Source of the DNA: Octopus sinensis
Taxonomy: Eukaryota
Assembly (NCBI RefSeq): GCF_006345805.1
Contig: NC_043012.1
Span: forward strand, 24,800,001-24,864,000
Direction: 5' to 3'
DNA: 64,000 bases
The notes beneath the pieces were generated by a model. It had not been told where the DNA came from and ran no database searches. It saw only the letters and a program-made list of their open reading frames with translations. A program made the translations under genes and the position numbers. This document shows, piece after piece, positions 11,351-26,005 of this stretch (its first letter is position 1; each line of letters starts with the position of its first letter).

Positions 11351-12010
11351 GTCCCATTTATCGTCATGGAATTGAGTGGTTAAACTCCAGCCTTATGAGT
11401 CTCAGAACTAATGACTCACTTAATGGTTTGTAATTCATACCGAAATCTCTGCAATACTATTTGTTAATAAAAAGAAATACCTTTGCTTCACCGGGCACTT
11501 TGGCTAGATTGCAACGAAATGGAACCGAAATAGTATAACAGAAGAGTGTGAGGAATATTTGCCAAGTGGATGGCATGGGAATTAATTCTCTTTATTAATT
11601 GAATGGTGGTGTAATATTAATCAGACTAAATTGTATTGTCCATGACTACAAATAACAGAAGAACCTAACTGAAGCAATAACTGTTCTGATTATGTATGGA
11701 TGAGAATTGAGTCCTTGCTAGTTTACCTATTTGATGTTGGATTCTATTTTGCTGATACCTTGTCACTATGTAACTGTCTTGTGCAGACCTCTGTCTGGGC
11801 ACTTGCCGAAAATACTAGATGTGGAGTCCTTCATAAGAGACGCCCTCGAATAGAGGTTTGACTAAACTGAAATTCTTCGTCAAGTAAATACATAATAAAG
11901 GTTGATGAATCTGTAACTACTTACCCCACGCCCGTAAATGTCGTTCACAGGTTACCATCTCACAAATTAAATACTGTCTCTTGAGTCTTAGGACTCACAG
12001 GAACCGGTTA

Positions 12011-12563
12011 CCCGGTTGCAAAATTTTTTGCCGCACGAAAGTTCCGGACTCCAGTAATGAACTCATTAGCATACAGCCAATCAGAGCTCACCTTGAAATT
12101 GTTGTCAAGTTAACAAACATACTCTACCAAGTAAACTCGAGATGAAGAACAGTGTTGTAAATCGACCGATCGCCAAGTTATGCCTGATTTTAGAAGGAAA
12201 CAAGTAATTAGATTTGCATCTATACTTATCATCGGATTTTGTTAGGGCTCGATATGTGGATGGGAAAAATGTGGGTAGAGGGTAATGTGCTAGCAACCCT
12301 CTCCCCTTACTGTTTTACAAAGTAAACAGCAACACATATAACTACGCAGAGGCAGCCATGGTTGAAACAAGAACAAGAACAACAAGCATTATTAAAAGAG
12401 AAAAGAAACATGGTCATTCCTTACCCAAGTGACCTTATCTTATCGCCCATCACTTGTTATGAGCTCATAAATTAGTTTGAAAGTTGAGCTCTGATTGGCT
12501 GTATGCAAATGAGTTCATAACTGGGGTCCGGAATTGTCGCGAGAAAGAAATTTCGCTACCCGG
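12011..12563. repeat. Imperfect inverted repeat of about 88 bp (12011-12098 / 12476-12563) carrying octamer and CCAAT motifs; possible old MITE
   Basis: TTCCGGAC(T/C)CCAGT(A/T)ATGAACTCATT(A/T)GCATACAGCCAATCAGAGCTCA is present on opposite strands. Confidence 0.65.
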
Positions 12564-13179
12564 CCCCCAAGACGTAGAAGTGACTGTGATCACAACGTTT
12601 CCGCAGAATGGAATGCCACTTCCAGCTGAGAAGATTGGAACAATATGAAGTAAAGTTTTTTTCTCAAGAAAAAAGAACGCTACGTCCGGTCCAGGAATCG
12701 AAATGACGATCTTGCGATCGGGAGTGTAACACTCTAACCTCTTGGGATCCAATGGAGTATATCTGAAATGAAAACTTGATGGTCATGTCGGGAAGGCCTC
12801 CGATCTTTAGCATTCCAGTGAGGGTACGCTTGAGAGTAAAATACAGCAACGAACATCTGCCACTAATCACTAACCATAAAAAGAGAAGTTTTACAAAAAA
12901 TAGCGACCAAAAGCTGAGCAGTTTGTATAGTTTAGTTCTATTGCAGCTCTGATTAACAAACTTATGGTCAAAAACGTTCCATCCGTGACCACAACGTCGT
13001 TTTCTATTCCAATATATTGAATCACTCTTCGCCAATATTCCGAGTGTCTCGGTTGTCTGCAATTGTTCAGTTAACAAAAGAACTACAAAAGAAGAATCTC
13101 GAATATTCCAGAAGTGAGACTCGACCATCAGTTTCGAATGAAAAAATGATCGGTATTGAGTGCTATGTGGTTTCAAATT

Positions 13180-13500
13180 TTGGCACCAGGCCAGCAAGTT
13201 CAGGGAGGGATTAAGTCGATTATATCGACCCCAGTGCGTAACTGGTACTTATTTAATCGGTCTCGAAAGGTCACTGCAGAATTTGAACTCAAAACGTAAA
13301 AACGTAAAAGCGGCATGCTAACGGTTCTGCTAATGTGTGTGTGTGTGTGTGTGTACACACACACACACACACACACAAGCATAAATATAGAGAAATATGT
13401 ATGTATGTTTGTTTGTCCCTGTCTGTTGTGTCTGTGTTTGTTCAGCCTCACCACTTTACAACCGGCATTGGTTTGTTTACGTCTCCATAACTCAGCAGAA
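13180..13500. mobile_element. SINE fragments (family M on the minus strand, family C internal piece)
   Basis: GTCGATTATATCGACCCCAGTGCGTAACTGGTAC; TGTTTACGTCTCCATAACT. Confidence 0.65.
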
Positions 13501-14114
13501 TAAAGCCAGGCCGAAAAAACAGCACCAAGAAGTATCCCAGCAAGTCCGAAAAAAACCTTGAACACTCTGGAACTTTTATCAAAATAATTCACAGGAAAAA
13601 AAATATATAAAAATCATACTCGAGTAGGATTTGAACTCGAAATATAAAACTACAGAAATTAATAATGAATTCCTTTTTCAGAAACACCTAAACCCGACGT
13701 ATTTAAATGAAGTTAAACTCGAGGCAGACGACTTGTAAGGGAGATAACTCTGTAAAAGAGTTGTCTTTCTTCCACCATTAGCATTTATTCAATCTGAGAT
13801 TTTTCAGCGTAAAATGAATGACGTTATTTATGACCAGTCGTTATTTTAAAAGTACAACAGACCCATATAATCTGGGAGAAATACTAGAGAAAATGTAGTT
13901 GATAAAATCACATCTAGTCGTAGCATGATGGAGTCAATGAACTTAAAAGTAGATGACTAATATTCACACACACACACACACATTCTTATTCTCATGAGTC
14001 AGACTTGTTTTGATGATGTTCGTTTGAATATACTCACACATACGCACGCGCATACACACACACACACACACACGCACACACACGTAGCTACAAGTAGATG
14101 GTTAACCAGGTAGG

Positions 14115-14295
14115 TAGGAAGAGAGATGGACCGGTGGACAGACAGAGAGACAGACAATCAGACGGACGGACAGACGGACGGACAGACAGACAGACGGATG
14201 GACGGACAGACATTCAGACAGACAGACACACAGACAGACAGACAGACAGACACACAGACAGACAGACTGATAGACAGATATATAGATAGATGGAT

Positions 14296-14348
<53 letters not shown>

Positions 14349-14361
14349 TATATATATATAT

Positions 14362-14415
<54 letters not shown>

Positions 14416-14420
14416 CGATC

Positions 14421-14459
<39 letters not shown>

Positions 14460-14501
14460 CGATCGATCGATAGATAGATAGATAGATAGATAGACAGATA
14501 C

Positions 14502-14582
<81 letters not shown>

Positions 14583-15100
14583 CGCGTGTATAAACAAATA
14601 TGCGTATGTGCCCGTGTGTATGTATATGTTTCAATATATGTATGTATGTATGTATGCATGTATATATGTATGTACGAGTATGTATGTATGTATGTAGTAT
14701 GTATGTATGTATGTATGTATGTATGTATATGTGTGTGTATGTACGCATGTAGGTATATATGTATGTGCGTGTGTAATGTATGTAAGTGTGTATGTATGCG
14801 TATATGTATGCATGAATGTATGTATATATGATTGTATGTATGTATGTATATATGTATGTATGTATGTATGTGCATTTGTATGTATGTATGTATGTATGTA
14901 TGTATGTATGTATGTATGTGCATTTGTATGTATGTATGTGTATGTATGTGCGTTTGTATGTATGTGCGTTTGTATGTATGTATGTATGTATGTATGTGCG
15001 TGTGTACGTTCGTGCGTGTGTATGTATGTATTATGTGTGTGTGTGTATGTATGTACGCATGTTTGCATGTATCTACGTGTGTATGTATGTACATGTATGT
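14115..15100. repeat. Compound microsatellite (GACA)/(TA)/(GATA)/(TATG)
   Basis: Direct sequence; source of the spurious ORFs at 14098-15175. Confidence 0.97.
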
Positions 15101-15276
15101 GGATATCTATGTGAATGTCTTTGTGTGGGCGTGAGTATATTTGTAGCATGGATTGCGGCAAGGCTGATTAGTTAAGAAGTCTGTTTCGAAATGATGCGCT
15201 ACGAGTTCGTTACCATTGCTTAACATCTAGGGATAGAGTCATATTAAAGAAATCGGGTCAACGGAAGCGCGTCAGA

Positions 15277-15660
15277 CGCAGGCGTGGCTATGTGGTAGGA
15301 AGTTTGCTCCTCAAACAAATAGTTCTGGGTTCGGTCCTACTGCGTGGCACCTCGGGCAAATGTCTTCTTCTAGAGCCCCGAGCTGACAAAGCCTTATGAG
15401 CGAATTTTGCTGATGGAAACTGAAAGAAGCCCATCAAATGTGTGTGACTGTGTGTTTGTTCCTATGTTTGTTGCTCATGACCGCTTGACAACCAGTGTTG
15501 GTTTGTTTACGTCCCCGTAACTAAGTGGTTCCTCGAAATGATTCCGATAGAAGGAGTACCAGACATTTAAAAAAATTACTGGGCCGATTTGTTGGACAAA
15601 AACCTTTCAAGCCGATGCCCCAGTATGGCCGCAATTTAATGACTGAAACAAAAAAAAAAA
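15277..15660 (+). mobile_element. CORE-type SINE (family C), diverged
   Basis: GCAGGCGTGGCTATGTGG head, GGGTTCGGTCC B box, CTCGGGCAAATGTCTT core, CCAGTATGGCCGC tail. Confidence 0.8.
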
Positions 15661-16329
15661 AGAAAGGAAAAAGAAAAAAATGGGTTGTATTTCAGAAAGG
15701 TCGGCCTTGGTAGCCTTTTCCCATAGACTGTAACGTAGATTTTTACCTAAGGATTAATTTACAGGAAGACATGAGGCTGTGGAATACTCATCCACATACA
15801 GATGAATGCAATGGATAGCAGTAACATAGAAGGTATGAAGAGGGTGGTCTGCCCTGGGTTACGCTTTTGTTGGGGCGGCAGTTTGTATAATCCTGTAAGG
15901 GGCGGCGTGGGGCGGCAAACTCAAAACCTGCCCCGAGCTGAGAACCCTCGAGCTCTTCTGCGATTGGTGAAAAAGCAGATCAAATGATCGAAGAAACCGT
16001 CGAAATAGAGCGGGGAGATCCATTTAAATATATAACTGACGAATGGAGAATTGTTAAGGAGTTTGTTTTGCAAAAATAGGGTCTCGGGTTCGATCCCTCT
16101 ACAAGATATCTTAGACAAACGTTTTCTACTAAAATCTTGGACTGACAAACTTTGAGAATAAAATTGGTCGGAAACGAGCAGTTTGTTGTATTTATAAGTA
16201 TCTGTAATTAAACTGGATCAGAATTTTAGCACATGGCGGTATGTGGGTTCTGTCTGGCGTTAAGGCTATGATTATCTATCAAATAGCCAATCGTTTACAA
16301 CTATAATGCAATGAAGACGTAATTCGGTT

Positions 16330-16911
<582 letters not shown>

Positions 16912-16914
16912 TCC

Positions 16915-17950
16915 TTGTTTACTTTACTTAGAATCCAAAGAAGCTGAGGTATTAGTGCCGTGAATTACTTATTAGAAGCAGGAGTTATATATTGGTGACC
17001 GGAGCTAATGCCAGTTTGTTGTGAGCAACAGCGTCAAAGCAAGGGAAACAGAGAAAACAGCTTCGATTGATTCAATGCTCCCAACAAGAAGACGAAATGG
17101 GAGGGACACGTTGTTGGGAGAAAAATAAGTTGGAATGAAACATGGAAGTGGACTACATCATGTCTAAGTTTTCTGATTCGTTCATCCTACGATGTCTTAC
17201 TATCGGCTACAAACCTAGAAACATAGAGCGTCTCAGAGAATGATAAATGCAGTTGCAGAAAAGTTGGAACATTGGAATATATTATTTCCAGCTGTTCACT
17301 GGTATTGAATAGATATACATGGAGACACATTCTGGCCCTTAAGATCTTCTTCAATGCTCTAAAGAACCAACTTTCTTTCAATAACAGTGGCACAAACCCA
17401 CTGAAGAAACCAACCAGAGATTTCATTACCTTCGTGCGTTCAGGACAGCAGATCCGTTTGAAGAAGACACTTCATGTGAGCGGTGAAAAGTGGGACGGCC
17501 ATTGGAAGGTGGCTGCAGTTTTACCATGGTGCGAAGGAGTCTATACCATTCCAGTTGCGAAGAAACTGGATATTATCATATGGTATGGCAGAAGGAAGGT
17601 AGTATATCTAGTCGAGAAAACGGTTCCTCATGAGTATAACATAGACGTCGCAATATGGGCTCGAAAGATGGACCGTTAAAAAAACCTTTTCGATGACTGT
17701 GAAGACACAGGCTGGAAAGCAGAACATTTTCCAATCGAAGTAGGGTGTAAAGGATTCGTTGGACACAGTGTGAGGCTACCGTTGTTGTCATCGTAAAGCA
17801 AATACCATCATGAATGATATCCATGGGACAGTGGAAAAGGCTAGCCACTGGATTTGGTTAAAAAGAATAGAAGAATATAGAGCGAAACCCAATAACCAGT
17901 TGATTAACGTGTATATAGGATGAGTGTCGAAGAAGGTCTTATGATCTTTA
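16915..17950 (+). mobile_element. 3' part of a HERO-like LINE (restriction-like endonuclease), decayed
   Basis: Translation TKWEGHVVGRKISW..SFLIRSSYDVL..C..VGTLEYIISSC..RYTWRH..FVRSGQQ..DIIIW..VEKTVP..FPIEVGCKGF. Confidence 0.8.
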
Positions 17951-18100
17951 AGTGTGATGTACGTTTTGTGCATGGCGAGGCGCTCTACGCGTTATTCTTA
18001 CGTTAACTAGAAGACTAGTTTTTCTGTTTCTATGTTTATAGCATTACAAGATGTAGAGTCAGTTTTGCTGTATATTTTGGCAATATTATTTGTCAGATTT

Positions 18101-18320
18101 AAGGCGGCGAACTGGCAGAAATGTTAGCACACCGGGTGAAATGCTTAGCGGTATTTCGTCTGTCTTTACATTCTGAATTCCAATTGCGCCGAGGTAAACT
18201 TTGCCTTTTATCTTTTCGGGGTCGATAAATTAAGTACCAGTTGCGTACTGGAGTCGATCTAATCGACTGCCTCCACCCCCAAGAATTTCAGGCCTTGTAC
18301 CTAGAGTAGAAAAGAATATT
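18101..18320 (+). mobile_element. SINE family M, tail type b
   Basis: Full head, body and CCCCCAAGAATTTCAGGCCTTGTACCTAGAGTAGAAAAG tail. Confidence 0.85.
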
Positions 18321-18479
18321 ATTTGTCAGATGTTTAGGGTAAGTTATTTCGCTTAATTCATATATGACCTCTGTTTCGTCTGCAAACATATGGACGTTGA
18401 GGTGTTGTTTGAATACACACACACACACATATGTTATTATTCAGTTTTATTTCAAGAATTCTAACAAAGAGAGAAAGAG

Positions 18480-18860
18480 CCGGTTTCTAACCTAGATCCC
18501 AAAATTCTTCATTAGAATTTCAACAACACCAGCAGGGTATTTTTGTATGTAAAATTAATCCTAACAAGAAAGCACAAAAAAACACAACAACGCGAGGACG
18601 TGGAACAAATATAGTATTATTGGACGCTTAGGAAAGAAGGAAAGAAGGAGGGTTTAACGTTTCGAGCGGAGCTCTTCGTCGGAAACATAGGAGAAGGAAA
18701 GATCCAGAGAAGGGAAGACAGAGGAAAAAAATCGCCAACGGTACACACGAGGTCACATTTTGAAAGGCTGAATAGAAGGTGGCGTGGAACTTCAAGAGGA
18801 AGCCACGGGGTGTGACGTGATGGCGGAGGCAACGGCTATGAAAAGAGAGATGGCTAGAGT
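18480..18860 (-). mobile_element. Penelope-like pseudo-LTR fragment containing a hammerhead
   Basis: Minus-strand HHVTPRGFLLKF resembles Penelope N-termini; followed by the HHR at 18652-18686. Confidence 0.6.
18652..18686 (-). ncRNA. 35-nt minimal type I hammerhead with CCGACGA core
   Basis: GUUU CCGACGA A GAGC UCC GCUC GAAA CG UU AAAC. Confidence 0.72.
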
Positions 18861-18864
18861 AGAT

Positions 18865-19171
18865 CTTTTTGTATGTATGTATGTGTAGATATGGATGTTT
18901 TGTTTTATGTATGTATTCTCATGCATATAGTTGCATACCTAGACATGTTTATATATACTTAAATTATAAACTTCTGGAAAGTTTTACATATTTTAACAGT
19001 TCCAGGGATGGTTTGGATCTATAGTCTTCGAATCAGCTTTCCCCTTTCTGGTTTTGAGAAGCCTAATTTCTCAACATTGGGTTTTAGGCAGTGTGCTACA
19101 TATCCTCGTACCACGATTATTAAAGATATAAATTTGAACTTGTAACGTGGATAGAATAGCTGTAGATTCCT
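18865..19171 (-). mobile_element. Extreme 3' end of an RLE-type (R4-like) LINE embedded in (TACA)n
   Basis: NLQLFYPRYKFKF..LGF..LIRRL*IQTIPGTVKICKTF; same family as 41150-41900. Confidence 0.72.
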
Positions 19172-19872
19172 TATGTATGTATGTATGTATGTATGTATGT
19201 ATGTATGTATGTATGCATGCATGCATATATGTATGTATGTATATGAAGATATGTATGTATATACACACGCACATACAGGAATATATATATATATATATAT
19301 ATAATATAAATAATATATAAATATATGCATATATACATACATACATACATACATGTACATACCTACATATATATGTATATATACATGCATATATGGGTAC
19401 AGGACATAAAAAAAAACGTTGAACACAATGAGAAACGAAACCATAAAAACAAAAACATAGAAACGAACTTATTTTCGAACAACGAAAAAAAACAGAGAAA
19501 CGAGACATACAACACAAAGAATATTCCCCTTCTTCAGTTGTCCCTATTTCAACTACTCCACGTTACGAAGGCAAGGACAAGGCATGTGTGTGTGTTTGTG
19601 TGTTGTATATATCTGTATATATATATATTGATTTGAGGTGAGGCTTTTTTTCAACAAATTTTATTCAACAAAAACAATAGCAACATGTAACAAAAACATC
19701 TTTAAACGATTATTCCGGAGCATATTCCCCATCTACTTCACTTACTGCCTCCCATTTGCTTGGCAGACGGTGAGACCGTCATTTAAACAAGTTTTTGTCA
19801 AATATTGTTATTCTTTTTGTTGAATAAAATTTGTTGAAAAAAAACCCCGCAATAATAATGCCCCAACCCAGC

Positions 19873-19874
<2 letters not shown>

Positions 19875-19907
<33 letters not shown>

Positions 19908-20599
19908 TGTATGTATGTATGTATGTATGTATGTATGTATGTATGTCGTATGCTGCATGTGTGTGTATGTATGTATGTATGCATGTTGTAGTATGTATGT
20001 ATGTATGTATGTATGATGTATGCATGTATGTATGTATGTATGTATGTATGTATGTATGCATGTATGTATGTATGTATGCATGTATGTATGGTTGTATGTA
20101 TGTATATGCATGTATGTATGTTGTATGTATGTATGAATGCATGTATGTATATATGTATGTATGCATGTATGTATGATGTATGTATGTATGTCTATATGTG
20201 TATGTATGTATGTAGTGTTTGTATGTATGTATTTGTATGTATGTATGTATGTATGCATGTTTGTATGTTTGTATGTATGTATGTATGTATGTATGTATGA
20301 ATGCATGTATGTATATATGTATGTATGTATGCATGTATGTATGCATGTATGTATGTATGTATGTATGTATGTATGTATGTATGCATGCATGCATGCATGT
20401 ATGTATGTATGTATGTATGTATGTATGCATGCATGCATGCATGTATGTATGTATGTATGCATGCATGTATGTATGCATGTATGTATGTATGTATGTATGT
20501 ATGTATGTATGTATGTATGTAGGTATGCATGTATGTATGTATGCATGCATGTATGTATGTATGCATGTATGTATGTATGTATGTATGCATGCATGTATG

Positions 20600-20631
<32 letters not shown>

Positions 20632-20663
20632 TGTATGTATGTATGTATGTATGTATGCATGCA

Positions 20664-20694
<31 letters not shown>

Positions 20695-21400
20695 TATGTA
20701 TGTATGTATGTATGTATGTATGTATGTATGCATGTAGTATGTATGTATGTATGTATGTATGTATGTATGTATGTATGTATGCATGTATGTATGTTTGTAT
20801 GTATGTATGTATGAGTATGTATGTTTGTATGTATGTATGAATGCATGTATGTATATATGTATGTATGCATGTATGTATGTATGTATGTATGTATGTATTA
20901 TGTATGTATGTATGTAGTATGTAGTTGTATGTATGTTTGTATGTATGTATGTATGTATGCATGTTTGTATGTTGTATGTAGTATGTATGTATGTATGTAT
21001 GAATGCATGTATGTATATATGTATGTATGTATGCATGTGTATGCATGTATGTATGTATGTATGTATGTATGTATGTATGTGCATGCATGCATGCATGTAT
21101 GTATGTATGTATGTATGTATGTATGCATGCATGCATGCATGTATGTATGTATGTATGCATGCTGTATGTATGCATGTATGTATGTATGTATGTATGTATG
21201 TATGTATGTATGTATGTAGGTATGCATGTATGTATGTATGCATGCATGTATGTATGTATGCATGTATGTATGTATGTATGTATGCATGCATGTATGTATA
21301 TATGTATGTTGTATGTATGTATGTATGTATATTCGTGTACGTGTGTGTGTGTATGTGTGTGTCCATACATATCTTCATACTTATATATGTATGTGCGTGA
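19875..21400. repeat. About 1.5-kb (TATG)n/(TGCA) satellite-like tract
   Basis: Direct sequence; source of the spurious ORFs at 19779-21534. Confidence 0.97.
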
Positions 21401-21688
21401 TGGGGTGTATAATCTATAGTTTGCATGTTGACAATAAAACACACACACACACACACACACCTACATTCAAAAACGGAGAACTAAACACTAGTAGCTGCTG
21501 CCCTATGTGCCGTATCACCCGAATGGTAATATAATACCGTCTTTGCACAAGAACACTGACCACTTGATGCCGATGTCTCACTAAAAGCAGATAACAAAGA
21601 CGAGAGGGATCGATGAAACGACGCCTACACAAACACATTCATGCACGCACAAAACGTTCACACGCCGTCACATACACCAGCAAACACA

Positions 21689-21689
<1 letters not shown>

Positions 21690-21737
<48 letters not shown>

Positions 21738-21903
21738 TACACACACACACACAAACACAAACACACACCACACACGCACATAAATAGGTTAGATAAATAT
21801 ACTTACGCAGGGAGAACGGATTATATATATACAGATATCTACATACACGCACGCACACGTACATGTATCTGTGTGTATGCGTCGGTTTGTGTGTGTGTGT
21901 GTG

Positions 21904-21937
<34 letters not shown>

Positions 21938-22480
21938 CAGGTGCGCGTGTTTGTACATAGATACATACGTACTTACATACACAGAGACAGAGAGACAGAC
22001 AGACAGACAGACAAAGACAGACAAATACTTATGCAGGTATATATACCAGCATACATACATATATATACACACACACATATATATGCGTGAGTGTATATAT
22101 ATATATATAATACATATATATACGCATATATATATATGTATATATATACATACACACACACATATATATATACATATATGTAATATATATACGCATATAT
22201 ACACATATATACATATATATATATATACAGTTATATATATTTATATATATGTATATATATGGCGTAGATATATATTATATATATTATGCATATGTAAATA
22301 TATATATTTATAGATATATGATATATATATATATATATATATATATGCATATATGTATATATATGCATGTATGTATATCAAAGGGATTATATATATATAT
22401 ATATGTATATACTTAACCGAGGAGGGAGTCATGTATTTATGTGTGTGTGTAAGTGTGTATTTGTGCGCGCGCGCGAAATG
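21690..22480. repeat. Compound (CA)/(TG)/(TA) microsatellites
   Basis: Direct sequence. Confidence 0.93.
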
Positions 22481-23182
22481 CATCGAAGAAAGATGGCGCG
22501 AACTGAAGTGTGTGGTTTTGTAGGTAGACGTTGTAACCGAAGTTGTCAGTGTGTTTCATTAAAAGCGGCAACAATAACAACGATTGCAGTAAGCATCGAT
22601 AAACAAGAAATAAGCAACGTCAATATTATTCCTCGTGTTAATAACATCCTGGTCCATTCTCTAAAATTTCTATAACGCGTGACTGATCCGTGTTTCTTAT
22701 CTTCCTTAGCCAAATAAAACTCTGCAAGTTGTGGCCTGCCCCCGAGGCTGTATTTCCCTAGCTTTACTGATTTAATGAGAAAATAACACAGGACGTTTGT
22801 CTCTGGCATTCCATATTCTCCGTGACAGGAAACAGGGATCCAGAATGAAATGAAACTTCAGACTAAGTATGGATGGCCTGAAAGGCAATATGTTTCATCT
22901 AGCGAGGAGTTCTGCTATTTAGTTAAAGATTTCAACGTTTGTCAAGAGTGGAGGATATGAGCGGACACCTAATAAATATGTAAATATATAAATTATATAT
23001 AGATATGCAAACACACACAGGCACACATGCACACGCACGCGCGCGCGCACACACATGTGTTTATGTATACATATATATATGTACATATATATATACACAC
23101 ACACATATATATACACACACATACACACACGCACGCATACACACACACGCACGCACACACAGAGACACACACACATACACAG

Positions 23183-23214
<32 letters not shown>

Positions 23215-23789
23215 ATATATACACAGCGGCATTTTTTGCCGAGTCTTTACGGCCTGAGTTCAAATACCGACGAGATCGACTCAGCCTGTCATCTTTTCAC
23301 GATGGATAAAATAAACACCAGTTGAGCACACCCGAAAATTGTTGGTTTTCTGCCAAATTTTGAAGATATGTTAATAGAGTTGTCCAGTTTTTAGTCCAAA
23401 TCTTCTCACCCTTCGTCGCTTTGACATTTCGAAGTCTTGCCAGGTATTGGCCAGCAACTGCTTTTTCTCTTCGTCTTTTCTTTCCTATATTTTGGAATTT
23501 CTTTACAATCGTCTCTTTTAAGTTATTGATTGCTTTGTCTTGATTTAGAGCAGAAAATCTCAACCGTTTTTTTTTTTAATTCTATGGAATTCTTTTGATT
23601 CCTGTTTTACTCCCTTCATAAAATCCCATTGCAAAAAAAAAATTGGTAAAATATATTGTGTATTGTAGAAACATAAGCAATTCCTTGCTCATAAATTTTC
23701 CCCCCAAATCTTACGTGGACCTCCAAGGGCCACATTAACCCCAGTTGAAAAGGACTAATTTAGAGCTTGAAAATTCATGCGATAGCTCA

Positions 23790-24640
23790 CCATTAAAAAG
23801 TACCTGAGCTTTCATATGCTTCTGCGTAGTTCCTTAAATATGCTCACAAAATATGTTGGGCAACCAAGTTTACATAAAACTATCCACAGTGCCTTCCCGT
23901 TTACCGAGTCAAATGCCTTAGTTAAATCTATGAAGACCTGGTAGAGTGGCATTTGTTCCTCTAAGCATTTCTCTTGAACCTCCTTCACAGAAAATATCAT
24001 GTCCATTGTTCCACGCTCAGATCTGAAACCATACTGTTCTTCAGAAATCACATGTGGGTACACATTCTCAACAAGACAATCTAACATGATCCTTGAAAGT
24101 ATCTTCCCGGTATGCGCTAAAAGAGTTATCCCTCTAATAGGGGACACACACTGCTTTTGGGCTCTTACTCTCGTATACAGAAATTAGAATGCCATTTATC
24201 TATTCTTGTGGCACAGAACATTTATTCCAAACACGAGTTATCAGGTTATAAATTTCAGATGAAATATGATCCCCCGCATGCTTTGAGAATTTCAACAGGA
24301 ATACCAACGAATCCAGGAGCTTTACCTGATCTCAATTTACATAATGCCAGATTTGCTTCTTCAATGGAAGGTGTATCGTTCAAATGTTGCACTATCGCTC
24401 TTTGCGGAATGTTGTTTATGATTTCCATGTTCGCTCCAGAAGGATTGTGGGAAAGATCTGCAAAGTGTTCTCTCCATCTATTCATTATTCCAGGAGGATC
24501 TTTAACAATCTCCTTTTCATCTTCTGACTTCAAAGAAACATATATTGATGAAGATTGCGGGCCAAAAGCCTGTCACAATAAACTATAGAAACATTTAATG
24601 TCTTTCCTTCCATAGGCTGCCTGTACTTCCTCAGACACAT
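23790..24640 (-). mobile_element. RTE-like LINE RT fragment, decayed
   Basis: KAPG..IPVEILK; RGITLL..GKILSRI..EEQYGFRSERGTMDMIF..QEKC..FIDLTKAFDSV..KLGCP. Confidence 0.9.
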
Positions 24641-24659
24641 TTCTCCACCAAGTGTCTTT

Positions 24660-24815
24660 ACGCCGTCTTATATTTCAGTTTCAGTTTACCGAATCCGCTC
24701 ACAAAGATTTGGTTGGCCTTACCCTATAGTAGAAGATAGTTGCCTAAGATACCATGCAGTGGGACTGAACCCAGAACCATGTGGTTGGGAAGCAAGCTTC
24801 TTACCACACAGCCAC
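24660..24815 (-). mobile_element. CORE-type SINE head fragment (family C)
   Basis: GGGACTGAACCCAGAACCATGTGGTTGGGAAGCAAGC. Confidence 0.75.
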
Positions 24816-24956
24816 GCATAAATATACACACACACACACATATATATATATAGAGAGAGAGAGAGGGAGTGACTGAGACAGAGACAGAGACAGATAGAGA
24901 CAGAGACAGAGAGATAAATATATATATATATTTATATATAATGCATATACATATAT

Positions 24957-25006
<50 letters not shown>

Positions 25007-25115
25007 TGCATATGCATATTTTTCATACACATGCACACACACACACACACACATATACATATGTATGTGTGTACGTGTTGCGTGTGTGCATGTGTGTGTA
25101 GGCGTGTAAATATAT

Positions 25116-25151
<36 letters not shown>

Positions 25152-25499
25152 GGTGGTTCTTCTGTTCCAATTGTATGATTCTTGTGTCTGGATCTAATTT
25201 AATTTTCTCAGCTTTAATTAATTTTCCCCCTCTCCTTCTTCTGGCATTCCCCACCACCAAACTCTTCCTAAAATATCCCGGCTCAATTCATAATCAATTC
25301 TTAGAAGATTCTTTCTTCAGATGGATATTTTCCTTTCTGAATACCAGTCTTTAACCATCTACATAAAGAAGATAGCCATCGTCGTCGTCGTTCATCATCA
25401 TCATCATCATCATCAACATCATCATCATCATTATCAGTAGTAGTAGTGGTGGTGGTGGTAGTGGTGGTGGTGGTGGTGGTGGTGGTGGTGGTGATAGTA

Positions 25500-25710
25500 T
25501 GTCGTCTGTCTTAGCGGTCTGAGTTCAAATTCCGCCGGGCTCGTCTTTGCCGTTCGTCCTTTCGCGTGACGATAAGACAAGTTGCCAGTCAAACAGTTGA
25601 GGGTTGGTGGGTGGGCGGGTGGGTAGGGGTTGCGATGCAACTGACTGCCCCGCCACTTCTCTCCTCCAACCCCAAAGTTTCATTCCTTGTGACTTCGGTA
25701 GAAAGGATTG
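25500..25710 (+). mobile_element. Degenerate SINE family M
   Basis: GAGTTCAAATTCCGCC body and GTAGAAAGGATT tail. Confidence 0.6.
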
Positions 25711-25819
25711 TTATTATTATTATGAATGAAGAGTAGGAAGATGAGGAGAAAAAGCAAGGGGGGAAAGGAAGAGGAAAGCAGGAGAAGATGGTGAAGGTGA
25801 AGGGTGTCGGCAATTACGT

Positions 25820-25852
<33 letters not shown>

Positions 25853-25968
25853 CGACGAAGGCGACGACGGGGAGGTAGAGGGGGGAGAGGGATTTACAAC
25901 ATTCAATGGAGTTGATTGGATAATGATTGTAATAAAAGCCCAGAACGTGGATAGTTTGCTGTAGTGAT

Positions 25969-26005
<37 letters not shown>

